The position numbers and the translations under genes are program-made. Under the pieces are notes generated by a model that saw only the letters and a program-made list of their open reading frames with translations, did no database searches and was not told the DNA's origin. A stretch of DNA of 61,197 bases from NCBI GenBank assembly GCA_001179505.1, contig CDMY01000514.1, positions 1 through 61,197 on the forward strand. Reading direction: 5' to 3'. This DNA comes from Vitrella brassicaformis CCMP3155 (Eukaryota; Protista; Chromerida). Positions 49,800-61,197 of this stretch are shown here, piece after piece; the first letter of the stretch is position 1, and each line of letters starts with the position of its first letter.

Positions 49800-51001
49800 C
49801 GGGCGCACCTCGTCGTCGGCAATACGTACGACGACCTTGTGGTGAGGGGACGAGCACGGACTGTCTTCAGACACTTGTCCTTTTTCTTCTAACAGGGACG
49901 GTGGCTGGCCTGGGGCCTCGATGATGCTATCCCTGGTGGAAGTGGGTCCGCCTCTGGTGGAACGCGGGGATTCTGGTGCGTCAGGTTCGGCAGGACTAGG
50001 GGTGAGGCTCGGTTCAAGGTGAATGCGTGTTGCCTCAAGTTCATTAGAAAGCGTTGTGACGACAACTTCCAGTCCGAGAGATGCTTGGTGAGATGCTCAC
50101 TGAGACCCGAGACCCAACGCTGCGCCGGACTGCATGTCCACGGACATACTTGTGTGCAGGCGATCCGTGAGTACGACAGAAGTCGGCCTGTGAGGGAGCT
50201 CTTCTATTTTGGAACTGGCAAATCGTTGAAAGCGGCACGGCAGAATGCGAAAATGGTACGTCCCATACACAGCCTAAAGAGACACGACGATTCCCCTGTC
50301 GTGTCAATCTCAGGCGTGCTTTATGGATCCCTCAATTCGATTTCTAACTACCTGCCGCAGGAGCTACACATTGGTGTTCAACATCTGTCCCAGGAGGCGC
50401 CTGCTCCAGGACATCATCTCGCCCCAGAACAACAGCAGCATGGCCCCGACCAGTCAGCGTAGCGGCGAGCCGGTACGCAATGTGTTCAGCGCGTGCTATT
50501 ACCGCCGAACGCACCCCTACAAGCGCTGCGTTTTGGTATCTGTCTGCATCAGGTCCCTTTGCTGTTCACGGGGTTCATCGTGGTACGTTGGCAATGGGCA
50601 CTGTCCGCTCTACTCCCTACCGTGCTGTGTCATCTATCAGAATGGTGGGAATGGCGTCGTGGATGCGCTCGACACTGTCTTCGCATCGCCAGACACGAAG
50701 GGCACAGGCATGAAGGTCGCGTACGACTTGGCAAAGGAATGGGGGCCAGGTCAGTGAGTTTCCTCTCGGGGGACGGCACTGAACGGGTGGGAGGGGGCCG
50801 TCCAGTCTGCCACTCGGTCATTGGTCGTGTTTACGCTTGCTGTGTTGGTTGGCAGACTTTGGCCCACCGAAGGGCTTCCAACCCATGGAAAAGAATCTGG
50901 GATTGCTCCCCGGCCTGTCTGGTGAGGATGGTGGGGGGCGACAGGAAAAGGACGGACCGATCACAAACCACACTGCTGGTGGGCAGGGTGCACACCAGTA
51001 A
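49800..51001 (+). CDS. Small multi-exon hypothetical protein
   Basis: Exons joinable by GT-AG: GRWLAWGLDDAIPGG...EARFK; AIREYDRSRPVRELFYFGTGKSLKAARQNAK; SYTLVFNICPRRRLLQDII; NGVVDALDTVFASPD...EWGP; DFGPPKGFQP...GAHQ* (stop 50999-51001). Start not located. Confidence 0.45.
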
Positions 51002-52096
51002 ACAGCTACATAGCTGGAGCACCCGGATCATGTGGGTTGTCTGCCCATTGCTGCATGATCATTTTGCACCACTCGTGGTGGAATTAGTTTGATTGTCCTA
51101 TGTGTCCTCTGTCTGTATCGCGTACACCCGCGCACCGTAAACACAACTGGTATCCTGCCCCAGGCTGTGCACGCAGTCTGAATACTTGCATAGGTAGTCA
51201 AGCTGCGCGTGCAGCTCAGTATTTGTGTTCTTTGTACACCCGTGTGCTGCCCTCCCTCAGCTACAGTGCCTGTGATTCATTGTGGGGGGATTGTGGGTGT
51301 GGATGATAGTGTATGGGCGACCGAGTCTTACATGCTGCTTATATGCACCTTGTCATTGTTGTGCCCATCCGGGCCATTCCGATTTTTCGGGTTTTCATTC
51401 CATTTGTGTAGCCATCGGACGACTTTCACTAGCCGTATATGACGTGGGATGATAGTCTTATTTCGATGTCCAGTTAGGTTCCGTGTACGCCGATGCACTC
51501 CCTATCTCTGATGCTGTGACGAGAGCGCGACGACAATTTTTGACGCCGTAAGTCATGTGACGTCTGCGCTTCGCCTCACATGAGACGCTTGTGGGTACCG
51601 ATTTTTCGTCTGCTATTCTATCCATCCATCCATCCATCCACCTACACTGATCAGTATAGCACGCTCCATCTACCATCCATACGTCTGAGGCGTGGGTTGA
51701 ATTCATATCATGTGAAACGGACTCTGCTGCGTTCGAATGATCTTAAGAGGTCTCACATGTCATTGAGTGCCATGACAATGAGCGTGCAACGGGCAAGAAA
51801 CGAAAGAATCACTCTGTCATTGTGCACCGACACGGCGTCACACGGAGACACCCAACATGGCTGAACAGGCTCCAGCCACCCGCACCCATCTGAGAATGGA
51901 TGGTTTTTCGCCGCTTCAGAAATTTGAGGGGGGGAAAAAAGAGTCAATGTAGTGGAGGGCGGCTCGGGTGAGTGATTCACGGCGAGAAACCCCGCATGAA
52001 ACAAACAGGAGATAAAGCAATCACTTGCTTGTGCGTATAAACCAATCAAGCGCCTGGACACACGGACAATCTTACCCTTAACCACCACCCATCAAG

Positions 52097-52135
52097 CGCC
52101 TAAAGCAATCAGCCCTGTACTGATTGCTTTAGGCG
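52097..52135. other. Perfect 16-bp-stem hairpin, 7-nt loop
   Basis: CGCCTAAAGCAATCAG-CCCTGTA-CTGATTGCTTTAGGCG. Confidence 0.9.
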
Positions 52136-52297
52136 GTACTTACTGTACCCATCTCAAATAAATGAGCTGCAAGGGATTGCGCATTTTTACTTTGAGAAAT
52201 GCGGGCGCAGCGTTCTTGACACATAAAAACCTACTCCTCACGGGGCACTGAAAAATGAATCATTTTGGAAACCACCCCAACGTAAGTGATATTTTTT

Positions 52298-53610
52298 CTC
52301 CTGACACAGGGCAAACAAGCCCAGAGAAACCGCACCACGCTGTCGTCCGTCGTCTGAAGGTGATTTCCAGGCCCACACCATTGCCTGCAAAATTGTTTGA
52401 GAAGCGGATTGTGTCTCTGACAAGAGCCTTTCGGTCCCGAATCATCCAATTAGCAGCTGAAACCGCATAGTTATCTCTGCAAGGACCCGACCTGCCCACA
52501 GTTGCCCACATAAAATTCTGCCACAATGGGGCGGTGGTATGTCAAAGGAGTCACATCAAGAAGTTCTCCGTTTTTCGTCTCGCTTCGTTCTTCCAGGTCT
52601 TTCAGTGGTAAATATCTGGGCTCTCCACTATGCCACCCTGCGCATGCCTTTTCTGTTGCTGCCAGTCCAAAATCGATGTGTGCGTGGGGCCGATGGTTGG
52701 TGCCCCGGGAAGGCTTAAACTATGCGAAGGTGAGACCCGAAGGGCCGAGCCGAGCCACGAGTAGCCAGTGATTTGACTCTATGTAGAATGAAACTCTGTC
52801 CCACCTGCGCGGACATCTATTCACGCGAAGACGAAAAAATAGAAACGAAGGACAGTGAAGAATCATGCGGACAAATTACGAGTACAAATGCCTCAACACA
52901 CGCGCAAGCCGGAGGCGTCACGTGTATGAGCTATAGACACCATAAAAAGCAAAGATCGGCACACAGAGCGAGACAGACCCTGTCGCGGCCATGCTCGCAC
53001 GTACATTCGCGGGGTCGACATAATGAACGCGTTACTGCTTACACCCCCAACCGTGGGCGGCGGCTGAGCCTCTGGAACACTCGTTCGGCATTGACAAAGC
53101 CGGCGCCTGTCACACACAGAGAGATGACACTGAGATGGGCCAGGCCCTCCGTATTCTTCTGCTCAGCTGCCTGACCTGTCTTAGAGTCAAACCCTTCGTC
53201 AAACTGGGCTGTAGCGGGATCTGGATCAGCACAGAGAGAGCAATACAAGCCTCACCCCGACTGCACATGGGCACCTCGACTGCACATGGGCACTGACCGT
53301 TCATATCGTCAGCTGTTTCCATCACCAGTTGCTGAATCTCCTTTGGCCTGAGTGCTTTGTCGAAGTCTAGCATCAAGCCTGCCGGCAGAGGAACAGAGGT
53401 GCGTCGTTTTCTGATGGGGTGGACTTGTCTCACTGACCTGCCAGTCCGGCGATGTGAGACGCTGCCGCTGTGCTGCCACGGAAGTCTGATGATTCACTCA
53501 AGCGCACACACTACACGTGCAGCCACTGGTGCGCTTGACGCCTGAAGTACTCACTTGAGGCCCCACTTATACGACAGACACACACAAAAAAAAAACACAC
53601 ACAGAGCCAT
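52298..53610 (+). repeat. Copy A of a ~1.3 kb diverged segmental duplication (copy B at 59763-~61030)
   Basis: Colinear similarity from CTCCTGACACAGGGCAAA through the last exons of the peptidase-like gene, with many substitutions and indels. Confidence 0.9.
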
Positions 53611-56346
53611 AGATAATCGGTCGTCCAGGCATCGTTCTACGCCCGTTCGTGCGCTCACTATAATCTCGTCTTGGTACCTGAAGCGAAATTTGCCGATGAG
53701 CGTGTCACCAAAAGCGTGTCGGTCGTTTTCGTACCATCAGGCCCTATGAAATTTGGTCGCATTCGAGCTTGTGGCGGGGTGATGCGCCTGCCTTGTGCAT
53801 CAAAGGACTTTTGGAACGCACCTGCACGCAGCCCACCAGATGGATACGCACGCTCTTCTGGCTCTTATACTTGCCTCGCGAAGAGCTGCGTCTGACTTTA
53901 GCTGGCGCGGTCCCGAACGCTGGGGTGCTGTTGTAGAAGGCGGCACCTACGCTCGACGCGCCAAGGGCATTCACTCTTCCGAAGCCGGAAACCACACGGC
54001 TAGGCGGCGCGAACTTTGACAGGTTCTGCGCCAAAGTCCCGTCACCAAGATCAGGGTTGACGAGCGCGATCACACCCGGGTCTGGCCCCGGACTGAGGAG
54101 GCACAAAGAAAGGAAAGGGATGTTTGTGTGTTTTCTCGTCATCCTCGGGACAGATACCGACACCGACTCACTCGATTCCCAGTGGTGGGATGAACTTGCC
54201 CACTTTGATCGTAACGTCCGTGAAGGTGTCGGAAAACAACGGCGAAATCACTTCGATCGGATCGTTATTCCTACTCAAAAGGAGAAATAGAAACACACAA
54301 GTGCCTTTTGACGACTCGCACATATACAAGCACCTGTTGTTTTCGGTCGCCGCAATAAGAAGCTCGCCATTCTTGTCAAAGACGAGGAGATCCAAGTCGG
54401 TCTGTGCCCCCACACCACCAACGCTCTTGTACTACAGAACAGTCAGACAGAGAGAGAGACAGACAGACAGCAGACAGACCACACCGTGGCTCTTCACCCA
54501 CCGGTGACTTACATTCTGATCCCACTGAAGGATCAGGTCCAACGCAAAGCCCCCCATATTCTCCACGAGGGTCACATTCAGTGAGGTGGAGTTTGTGGCG
54601 CTCCACACGTGAAACTCGTACGTGAAGATCGCGTCCTCGTATGTCGTGAAGTCGACGGTCTCACGTAAGCCCGAAGAACGGAAGGGCTCCCAAAACCTGC
54701 ACAAGGATTTCCGTCGAGATGCGTTCACCCCTTTTCCCCTTGACCACCTACCCCCTGTCTGCATTGTCCCCATGCGCCGCAATGTACGAGACCCCCGACG
54801 TACGAGCGACATTGTCGATTGCCTTTTCGACCACGCCAGGAGCGAAGAAAGGTCTGCAGTAGCCAGGCAACCAGAGCCTGCTGCTTTCGTCTGGTAGGCG
54901 AAAGAAGTGGATACTCGTAGTAGGACTGCGAAGAAGTGTCGTCCACGATGACTTCGCATTCTGTCTCTTTGGCAAGCCGCTCGATGCCTGCACAACAATG
55001 ATTGGCTGGCTGGTTGTTGTGCATCAATTGCATCACGTCGATCACCTGTCGCAAGGCTAGCCTCTCCCCTAGCGGATGAATGGAACACGAATTTCGGCAG
55101 ACCCGGAACCTACATGCATATGGATTTCATTTTCAAAGCCATCATGACCTGCAGAAAACGGTTACAACATCGTAAATCAGCTCCATCATGCCAGTGCCCT
55201 ATAGCAAGTCAGAGGACACATGGAGCGGAATGCCATCCGTGACCACTGTATACTCTTCCGTGTACCCGTGCGGCGCACAGGAAAAAACAGTTCTGGACAA
55301 ACAAGTACATAATACAAATCAACCCATTGGGCCCACCTACTCCCTTCTCCGCATTGGTCTTACCTTCAACGCTTCCACTTTCCTCGGTAGTTCACACTTC
55401 TGCTTAAGATCGCCTCCATCGTGACTGTCAGACAAGACGCCTGCAAGAGTCAGATAAGCTCATACTCCGTGTCGACCTACTGACTCGTTGCTCCACCAAC
55501 CGATGCACTTGAGGGATCTGCCGTCCAGTGGCCGTCCGTTGACATTGTAGGTGCGTCTCACCACGTCGGTACCCATCGCCCTATCGCCCTGCGACACCAC
55601 ACGCCGGCTGCAGTCACGCTGCTGTCTTGGAGCATCTCCCGTATCCCTTCGGTGGCCGCGCATCGGCCAGCGGCTCGTCGTTCTGACAGCGTGAACAATT
55701 GAAATCCCTTCGACATCTAGCATGCGTCCAATCGAATCATATCTGTGTCGACAGGCAACGCGTGTGACCAGATGAGAGGCGCAACCGCATCCTTTCTGTA
55801 TCCTTCGTCCTCACGGCAGCATCCCCGAGACGATGCGTTCGTAACGGACCAGATCTCGCATGCCCAAGGCCCGTAGCGTTGCCTCGAGCGTCTTCACTCC
55901 TGCCTTCTGCTTGATGGTCACGTCCACATAGACGCCCTCCGGAGTAACCCTTGTCCCCGTCGCACGGGAAAACTCGGCCAGCTTCGACGGCGAGCGGAAG
56001 AGGCCCCGCCAGCGGTCGAAATTGGAGCCAGCCAGGACACCCACTTGGGCTGGGGAATCGAAGTCGGTGAAGGGGTCGCTGACGTCATTGCCCTTTGTCG
56101 CTCCGTGCAGACGCTACACACAAAGACAAAGAGAAAGGTAGATGCGTACGGTCCGCATCATGATGTCAGTGCTTTTCTCAGCCCCTATACCTGCTCCCGT
56201 GCTAAGAAGTGCAACGTGACCAGGATGGTGTCGATGCCAATTCTGGGCTTCGTGAATCGTTTGAGGTCGTTCCGAATCGAAGAGGAGTCGCCCTCAAACG
56301 ATTCAGAACCACAAAACCAGAGAACCACAAACAAGGTCAAGCGCAT
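53039..56346 (-). CDS. Secreted bacterial-type S8/S53-like peptidase homologue (copy 1), probable pseudoprotease
   Basis: Signal MRLTLFVVLWFCGSES, prodomain, then VVSQGDRAMGTDVVRRTYNVNG, CIG|VLSDS, GMMELIYDV|VPG, IVDD...EPFF...AIDNV...SYIAAHGDN, VGAAFY, RPNFIGPDGT, FRGSTAAASHIAGLA, METADDM...GFDSKTG|AGFVNA; stop at 53039. Confidence 0.85.
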
Positions 56347-56473
56347 ACTTGGTAGCACTTCGCGGAAAGGTGGTGTGAAATAATAGTACGCACCAGATTT
56401 GCACCTTCCTCGACACACTCTTTGACGTAGAAGTACTTGTTCGTCTCCTTCGTGTCGCCCTTCTCGAAGCACG

Positions 56474-59382
56474 ATGCCCTTCAGGCCTGGTTCGCCTCAG
56501 ACCATTGTTACGTTTTTTGTATGCCTCGTCGCTGGGGCGGATGGTCAAGGCCTCGCCAAGAGCATCCCGTCGGTCGTACGGCGCCTGACGAGCCTCCCGT
56601 CGCAAGTGGACACTCTCCTTGTGGATATCTTTGCTGAGGTGGGATGGAGAGCCTGTCGGACTGCTTGCCAAACTTGTCCCCCTTCCTCGTTGTGCAGCTT
56701 ATATACGAGCGACAGAGGAAGGCTGGGCGGAACCAAACGTCAGACGGACGATGGCACGCCAAACTCAGGAAGTTTCAGCAGCAGGGCGTTGCTGCCGCAA
56801 AGGGAGGGATCTATGTGGACATCGCGACGGACGCTGCAGCGCTGCAGAAGAATGGCGGCATGAAAGGGTTGTTAGAGCATTTGAGACGAATCGGCTTGCG
56901 AGAGGTGTCCATTCACAAGCACATGCTGTCAGGGCTCTTGCCATATGACAAGATCGAGGCAGCGGCCAGCACAAAAGGGGTGAGAATCATGCGAGCGGTG
57001 TACCTGCGTCATCGTCCTGCGCTGAGGGAACCAAAGGCGGGTCTCGTGCAAAGCGAAGGTGAGGTGCTCCAATGCTGCACGGTGGATAAGGCAAAGCGTG
57101 TGACGTCACAGGTGATAGGGCGATGGGTACCGACGTGGTGAGACGCACCTACAATGTCAGCGGACGACCAGTGGACGGCAGATCCCTCAAGTGCATCGGG
57201 ATTCTCTCAAGTGTTTCTGTCAGCGCCTTTGCCGTCGAGGCACTGCGGTACGGCCAGGCGATGCCAACACACGATTGCCTTTTCTTTTTTTCTCCTTTTG
57301 CTGCTGTGTTCAGGGGCTCGGGTGATCTGCCGGACAAAGTGCGGGCATTGACGGGCTTCGATCTGAAAAGTAACTTTACATCGACGGTGAGAATATGCAG
57401 TGTACGGTAGGGCACATCTCAGGTGTGCCCGCGGTGTCTGCAGAGCCTTCAAATGATGGAAGTGATGTTTGACGTCGCCCCCGGCCTACCCGAATTTGCC
57501 CAATTCACGGCATATGGCGGCCAAGCTGCGATGGTCAATGGCATCAAGAAACTCAAGGAGAAGGCTGGATGCTCAATCTTCGTCGACGACGGTCGCACAT
57601 TCCTGACGGAACCGATGTTCCAGGTTCGGCGGGCCGACAGGCACAGACTCAATCACCCTCCTGTGATGGTGAGATGTGTGGCCTGCACAGGATGGACGGA
57701 TCACGCAGGCCGTTGATAGTGTGACAGCGGACGGCACCGCATACATTGTGGCCGCAGGGGATGCCAACGAGTTGAGAGTGCATTGGTGCACCTGTTCATC
57801 CATCCATCCCCTCCTGTCTGTCTGTCTGTCTGTCTGTGCCTGGCTGAAGCAACGGGTTGTTCGAAAGGTAGACGACCTTGAGAGCTCTCAACGGCAAATA
57901 TTTGTCGCCTCGCCGTCATCGATGCGCGTGACAGGTTCAACAACTCAGGGATCCGAGAGAGGGTCAGGATTAAGGCAAGGCGGCCTGACCTGTATTCCAG
58001 ATATGCGCCCCGTTTTGATTTCGGTACGCGTGGACGAATGCGAGCATCGTGCATACAACAATGCACTCTGTTCTGTGTATGCCCCAGCGAATATTACGTA
58101 TGAGTGGCACCGGTTTGAGCTCAATGGGAAGATCGAGCTTCCGCTGAAGACGTTGCCGTACTATGGTGGAAGAGACTGCTGTCCAGGTAGCGTAGCCACT
58201 ACTTCCTCAAGGCGCAAATCACTCTTCGCCTTTCTATGTGATGGACAGGGCCCATCGTACTTAACTGGGTGGGAAGGAGAAATCATTCGTGACTCTGTCT
58301 TGCGCGTGTGTCTGTATCAGGACCAGCCCTATTTCTCCGTGACGGGAGATCGCGGTGCAACAACTGATTTGGATATTATCGTGATGACCAAAGATGGTGA
58401 CGTGGTTGGCCGCTCCATCTCAAACAACGTGGGAGGTGACCCGATTGAAGTCACGGCGGGCGGAGGACTGATAGTAAGCAAGGCGAGAGAGGGCTGAGAT
58501 GATTCTGTCGCTGTTGTCTCTTGTGCGTGCGATACATACCCTCAGTATATGTATCGTCCCGGGTATGACCGGCTGTTTCTTCGGGTGGGCAAGAAGGTGG
58601 AGGGCAGAAGCGGGTATGTGATTGAATGCGGCGCTGCCGGCATGACTCCCATGTACAACACTTACTGCAGCAATGCACCCGACCCCTCACATATCGGGTT
58701 GCTGTTTGGCGACGACTTCACCAATGTGCCCGCCGGTCCCACCATCTACGGGTATCCACGGGCTGGCTTGCCAATTGCTGAGGATGCATGTGGTCTTGAC
58801 TTACGGCATCGTGTGGGTGTGGCCAGGCGTGCCGCTGCGAAAGGAGCCATTGCCGTGGGGTCGAGCTTCTACAAGGGCACGACGCGATTTGGTGTGGACC
58901 CTCCCCTGATTCGCAGCACTTCGTCACGAGGCAAGAACTGACTGATTCTCTTGAGGGCGCTGAATTGGTCGTTTCGTTCAGGGGTCTTTCCAATTCTGCT
59001 TGACACGAAGGGCGACCGCACTGAGCCGAAGCTTCGCAGCACCCCAGCTGTGGTCGGACCTGATGGGGTGTCAACCAACGAAGTGGGTTATGGGGGGGGC
59101 TTCACGGGCACAGCATCTTCGGCGTCGCATGTTGCTGCCCTGGCTGCGCTTTTGAGGGACTTCGATCGCACGCTGACGCCCGGGCAGATCAGATCCATTC
59201 TGACGCGGACCGCAAGGGACATGAATGATCCCGAGACCAGAGGATTTGACCAAGGAAGAGATAATAAGACGGGTCAGATACAGCTCGTCAATTCGAGACA
59301 AATGCACTTACTGAAATGGCCTGCAGGCTTTGGATTTGTGAACGCACCCAGGGCATTCAACGAGCTCGCCACTCGCAAGTGA
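56474..59382 (+). CDS. Secreted bacterial-type S8/S53-like peptidase homologue (copy 2), probable pseudoprotease
   Basis: Hydrophobic N-terminus (IVTFFVCLVAGADG), prodomain, GLVQSE|GDRAMGTDVVRRTYNVSG, MEVMFDVAPG, IFVDD...EPMFQ|DGRITQAVD...YIVAAGDA, KGAIAVG, PAVVGPDGVST, FTGTASSASHVAALAAL, RTARDM...GFGFVNA; stop at 59380-59382. Confidence 0.88.
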
Positions 59383-59762
59383 ACGTTGAAATCTGTCTAC
59401 TCACTCAGTGTTTGGATTGCCATGAGTCCCCTTGTCTCTAATATCTGAGATCACTGAACCTTCTCCTGCGTTCATTAGGTAGTGTCACGTGTAGATTTCT
59501 GTTCCCTACTCTTACATACAAAGCTTTGTCGCCTTCTCTCTTTGCATACAAAATTTTTCCGCTGTGTACCGTTGTCGGTATCTGTACCGATCGCTGCTTC
59601 GACAAATTGCTAACACACGTGCGTGTTGTGTGCGTGTCTGCGTTTGTATTCCTACATTGGTATAAAGATGGTTCTTCCCTCGTGTGGAATTAACAGAAGC
59701 AAAATGTTCAACACAGTGAGATATCCGTTGCTCCCAAACGGCCAACGCACATGGTGGTTTTG

Positions 59763-61030
59763 CTCCTGACACAGGGCAAAGAAGCCCAGAGAAACCGCAC
59801 CACGCTGTCGTCCGTCGTCTGAAGGTGATTTCTAGGCCCACACCATTGCCTGCAAAATTGTCTGAGAAGGGGATTGTGTCTCTGACAAGCCTTTCGGTCC
59901 CGAATCATCAAATTGGCAGCTGAAACCGCATAGTTATCTCTGCAAGGACCCGACCTGCCACAATTGCCCACATAAAATTCTGCCACAATGGGGCGGTGGT
60001 ATGTCAAAGGAGATACATCAAGAAGTTCCTCGTTTTTTCTGAGTCTCGCTTCGTTCTTCCAGGGCATAGTGGTCTTACAGTGGGCATAGTGGGTAAATAT
60101 CTGGGCTCTCCACTATGCCACCCTGCGCATGCCTTTTCTGTTGCTGCCAGTCCAAAAAATTCGATGTGTGTGGGGGGCCACTGGTTGGTGCCCCGGGGAG
60201 GCTTAAACTATGCGAAGGTGAGGCCCGAAGGGCCGAGCCGAGCCACGAGTAGCCAGTGATTTGATCTATGCAGAATGAAACTTTGTCCCACCAGCATACG
60301 AAACGAAGGAAAACGAAAAATAGAAACGAAGGTCAGTGAAGAAGCATGCGGACAGAGTACCAACACAAATGCCTCAAACGGCGCAAGTCACATGTATGAG
60401 CTATAGACACCATAAAAGCAAAGATCGGCACAGAGAGCGACACAGACAGTGTCGCGGCCATGCTCGACATAATGAAGGCGTTACTTATACCCCCGACCGT
60501 GGGCGACTGCTGAGCCTCTCGAACACTCGTTCGGCATTGACAAAGCCGGAGCCTGTCGCACACAGAGAGATGACACTGCGATGGGCCAGGCCCTCCGTAT
60601 TCTTCTGCTCAGCTGCCTGACCTGTCTTAGAGTCAAACCCTTCGTCAACCTGGGCTGTAGCGGGATCTGGATCAAGCACAGGGAGAGCGATACAAGCACC
60701 ACCCCGACTGCACATGGGCACTGACCGTCCATATCGTCAGCTGTTTCCATCAGCAGTTGCTGAATCTCCTTTGGCCTGAGTGCTTTGTCGAAGTTTAGCA
60801 TCAAGCCTGCCGGCAGAGGAACAGAACAGAGGTGCGTCGTTTTCTGATGGAGTGGACTTGTCTCACTGACCTGTCAGTGCAGCGATGTGAGACGCTGCCG
60901 CTGTGCTGCCACGGAAGTCCGACGATTCACTCAAGCGCACACACTACACGCGCAGCCACTGGTGCTCTCTCACTCTGTCGTCAAGACACTTATACGACAG
61001 ATACAAACCAGACACAGAGCCATAAATAAT
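59763..61030 (+). repeat. Copy B of the ~1.3 kb segmental duplication
   Basis: Colinear with 52298-~53610 at an offset of ~7.46 kb; similarity stops near 61030. Confidence 0.9.
60485..60920 (-). pseudogene. 3'-terminal fragment of a third peptidase-like gene
   Basis: Keeps FRGSTAAASHIAAL, DKALRPKEIQQLLMETADDM, GFDSKTG|SGFVNAERVF. The acceptor that is CAG in copy 1 reads CGG here (~60919-60921), and upstream homology to copy 1 ends by ~61030. Confidence 0.7.
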
Positions 61031-61197
61031 CTGTGCGAAAAGGCCGGTGAGGACCTTTCCTGTACTTAGCTGAATAGAGGATCTGCTGGGCGGTAAGTCC
61101 CAGAGTAAGAGTGCTTTTACTTGAATAAGACCGATGGACTGGCCAGTCAGTCAAAGTTGTTTCTGTCCATGTATGGCATCATGAAGGGTGGTCAACA

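Noticed and set aside
52526-52771. Short ORFs present in both duplicated flanks (also 59996-60259)
   Set aside because: Frames differ upstream between copies because of indels and no motif is recognisable; shared simply by duplication.

Overview
Eukaryotic, intron-rich genomic DNA. Short introns packed with (CTGT)n, (CA)n and (GATG)n microsatellites suggest a chromerid alveolate such as Vitrella brassicaformis (inference from sequence style only). Left to right: the 3' tip of a CRE-like non-LTR retrotransposon; a decayed membrane-protein gene; an internally deleted Ty1/copia element with both LTRs; LSM14 (Scd6/RAP55/CITH); an ABCG half-transporter; a ~10 kb TPR + coiled-coil + TKL-kinase gene with an N-myristoylation-type start, head-to-head with an ankyrin/TRP-type channel gene carrying apparent lesions; a 300-N gap; an unknown membrane protein head-to-head with a secreted PAN/Apple + trefoil + PPC-like protein; a Crinkler-like NTPase + restriction-endonuclease-fold ORF; a secreted unknown; a 5'-truncated CRE-like insertion with a 14-bp TSD; two lineage-specific unknowns; and a cluster of bacterial-type S8/S53-like peptidase homologues (two divergent full genes plus a truncated third copy). 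All three copies lack Ser at the canonical nucleophile position. Gene models were spliced by eye, so exon boundaries and some ends are approximate. No database search could be run.
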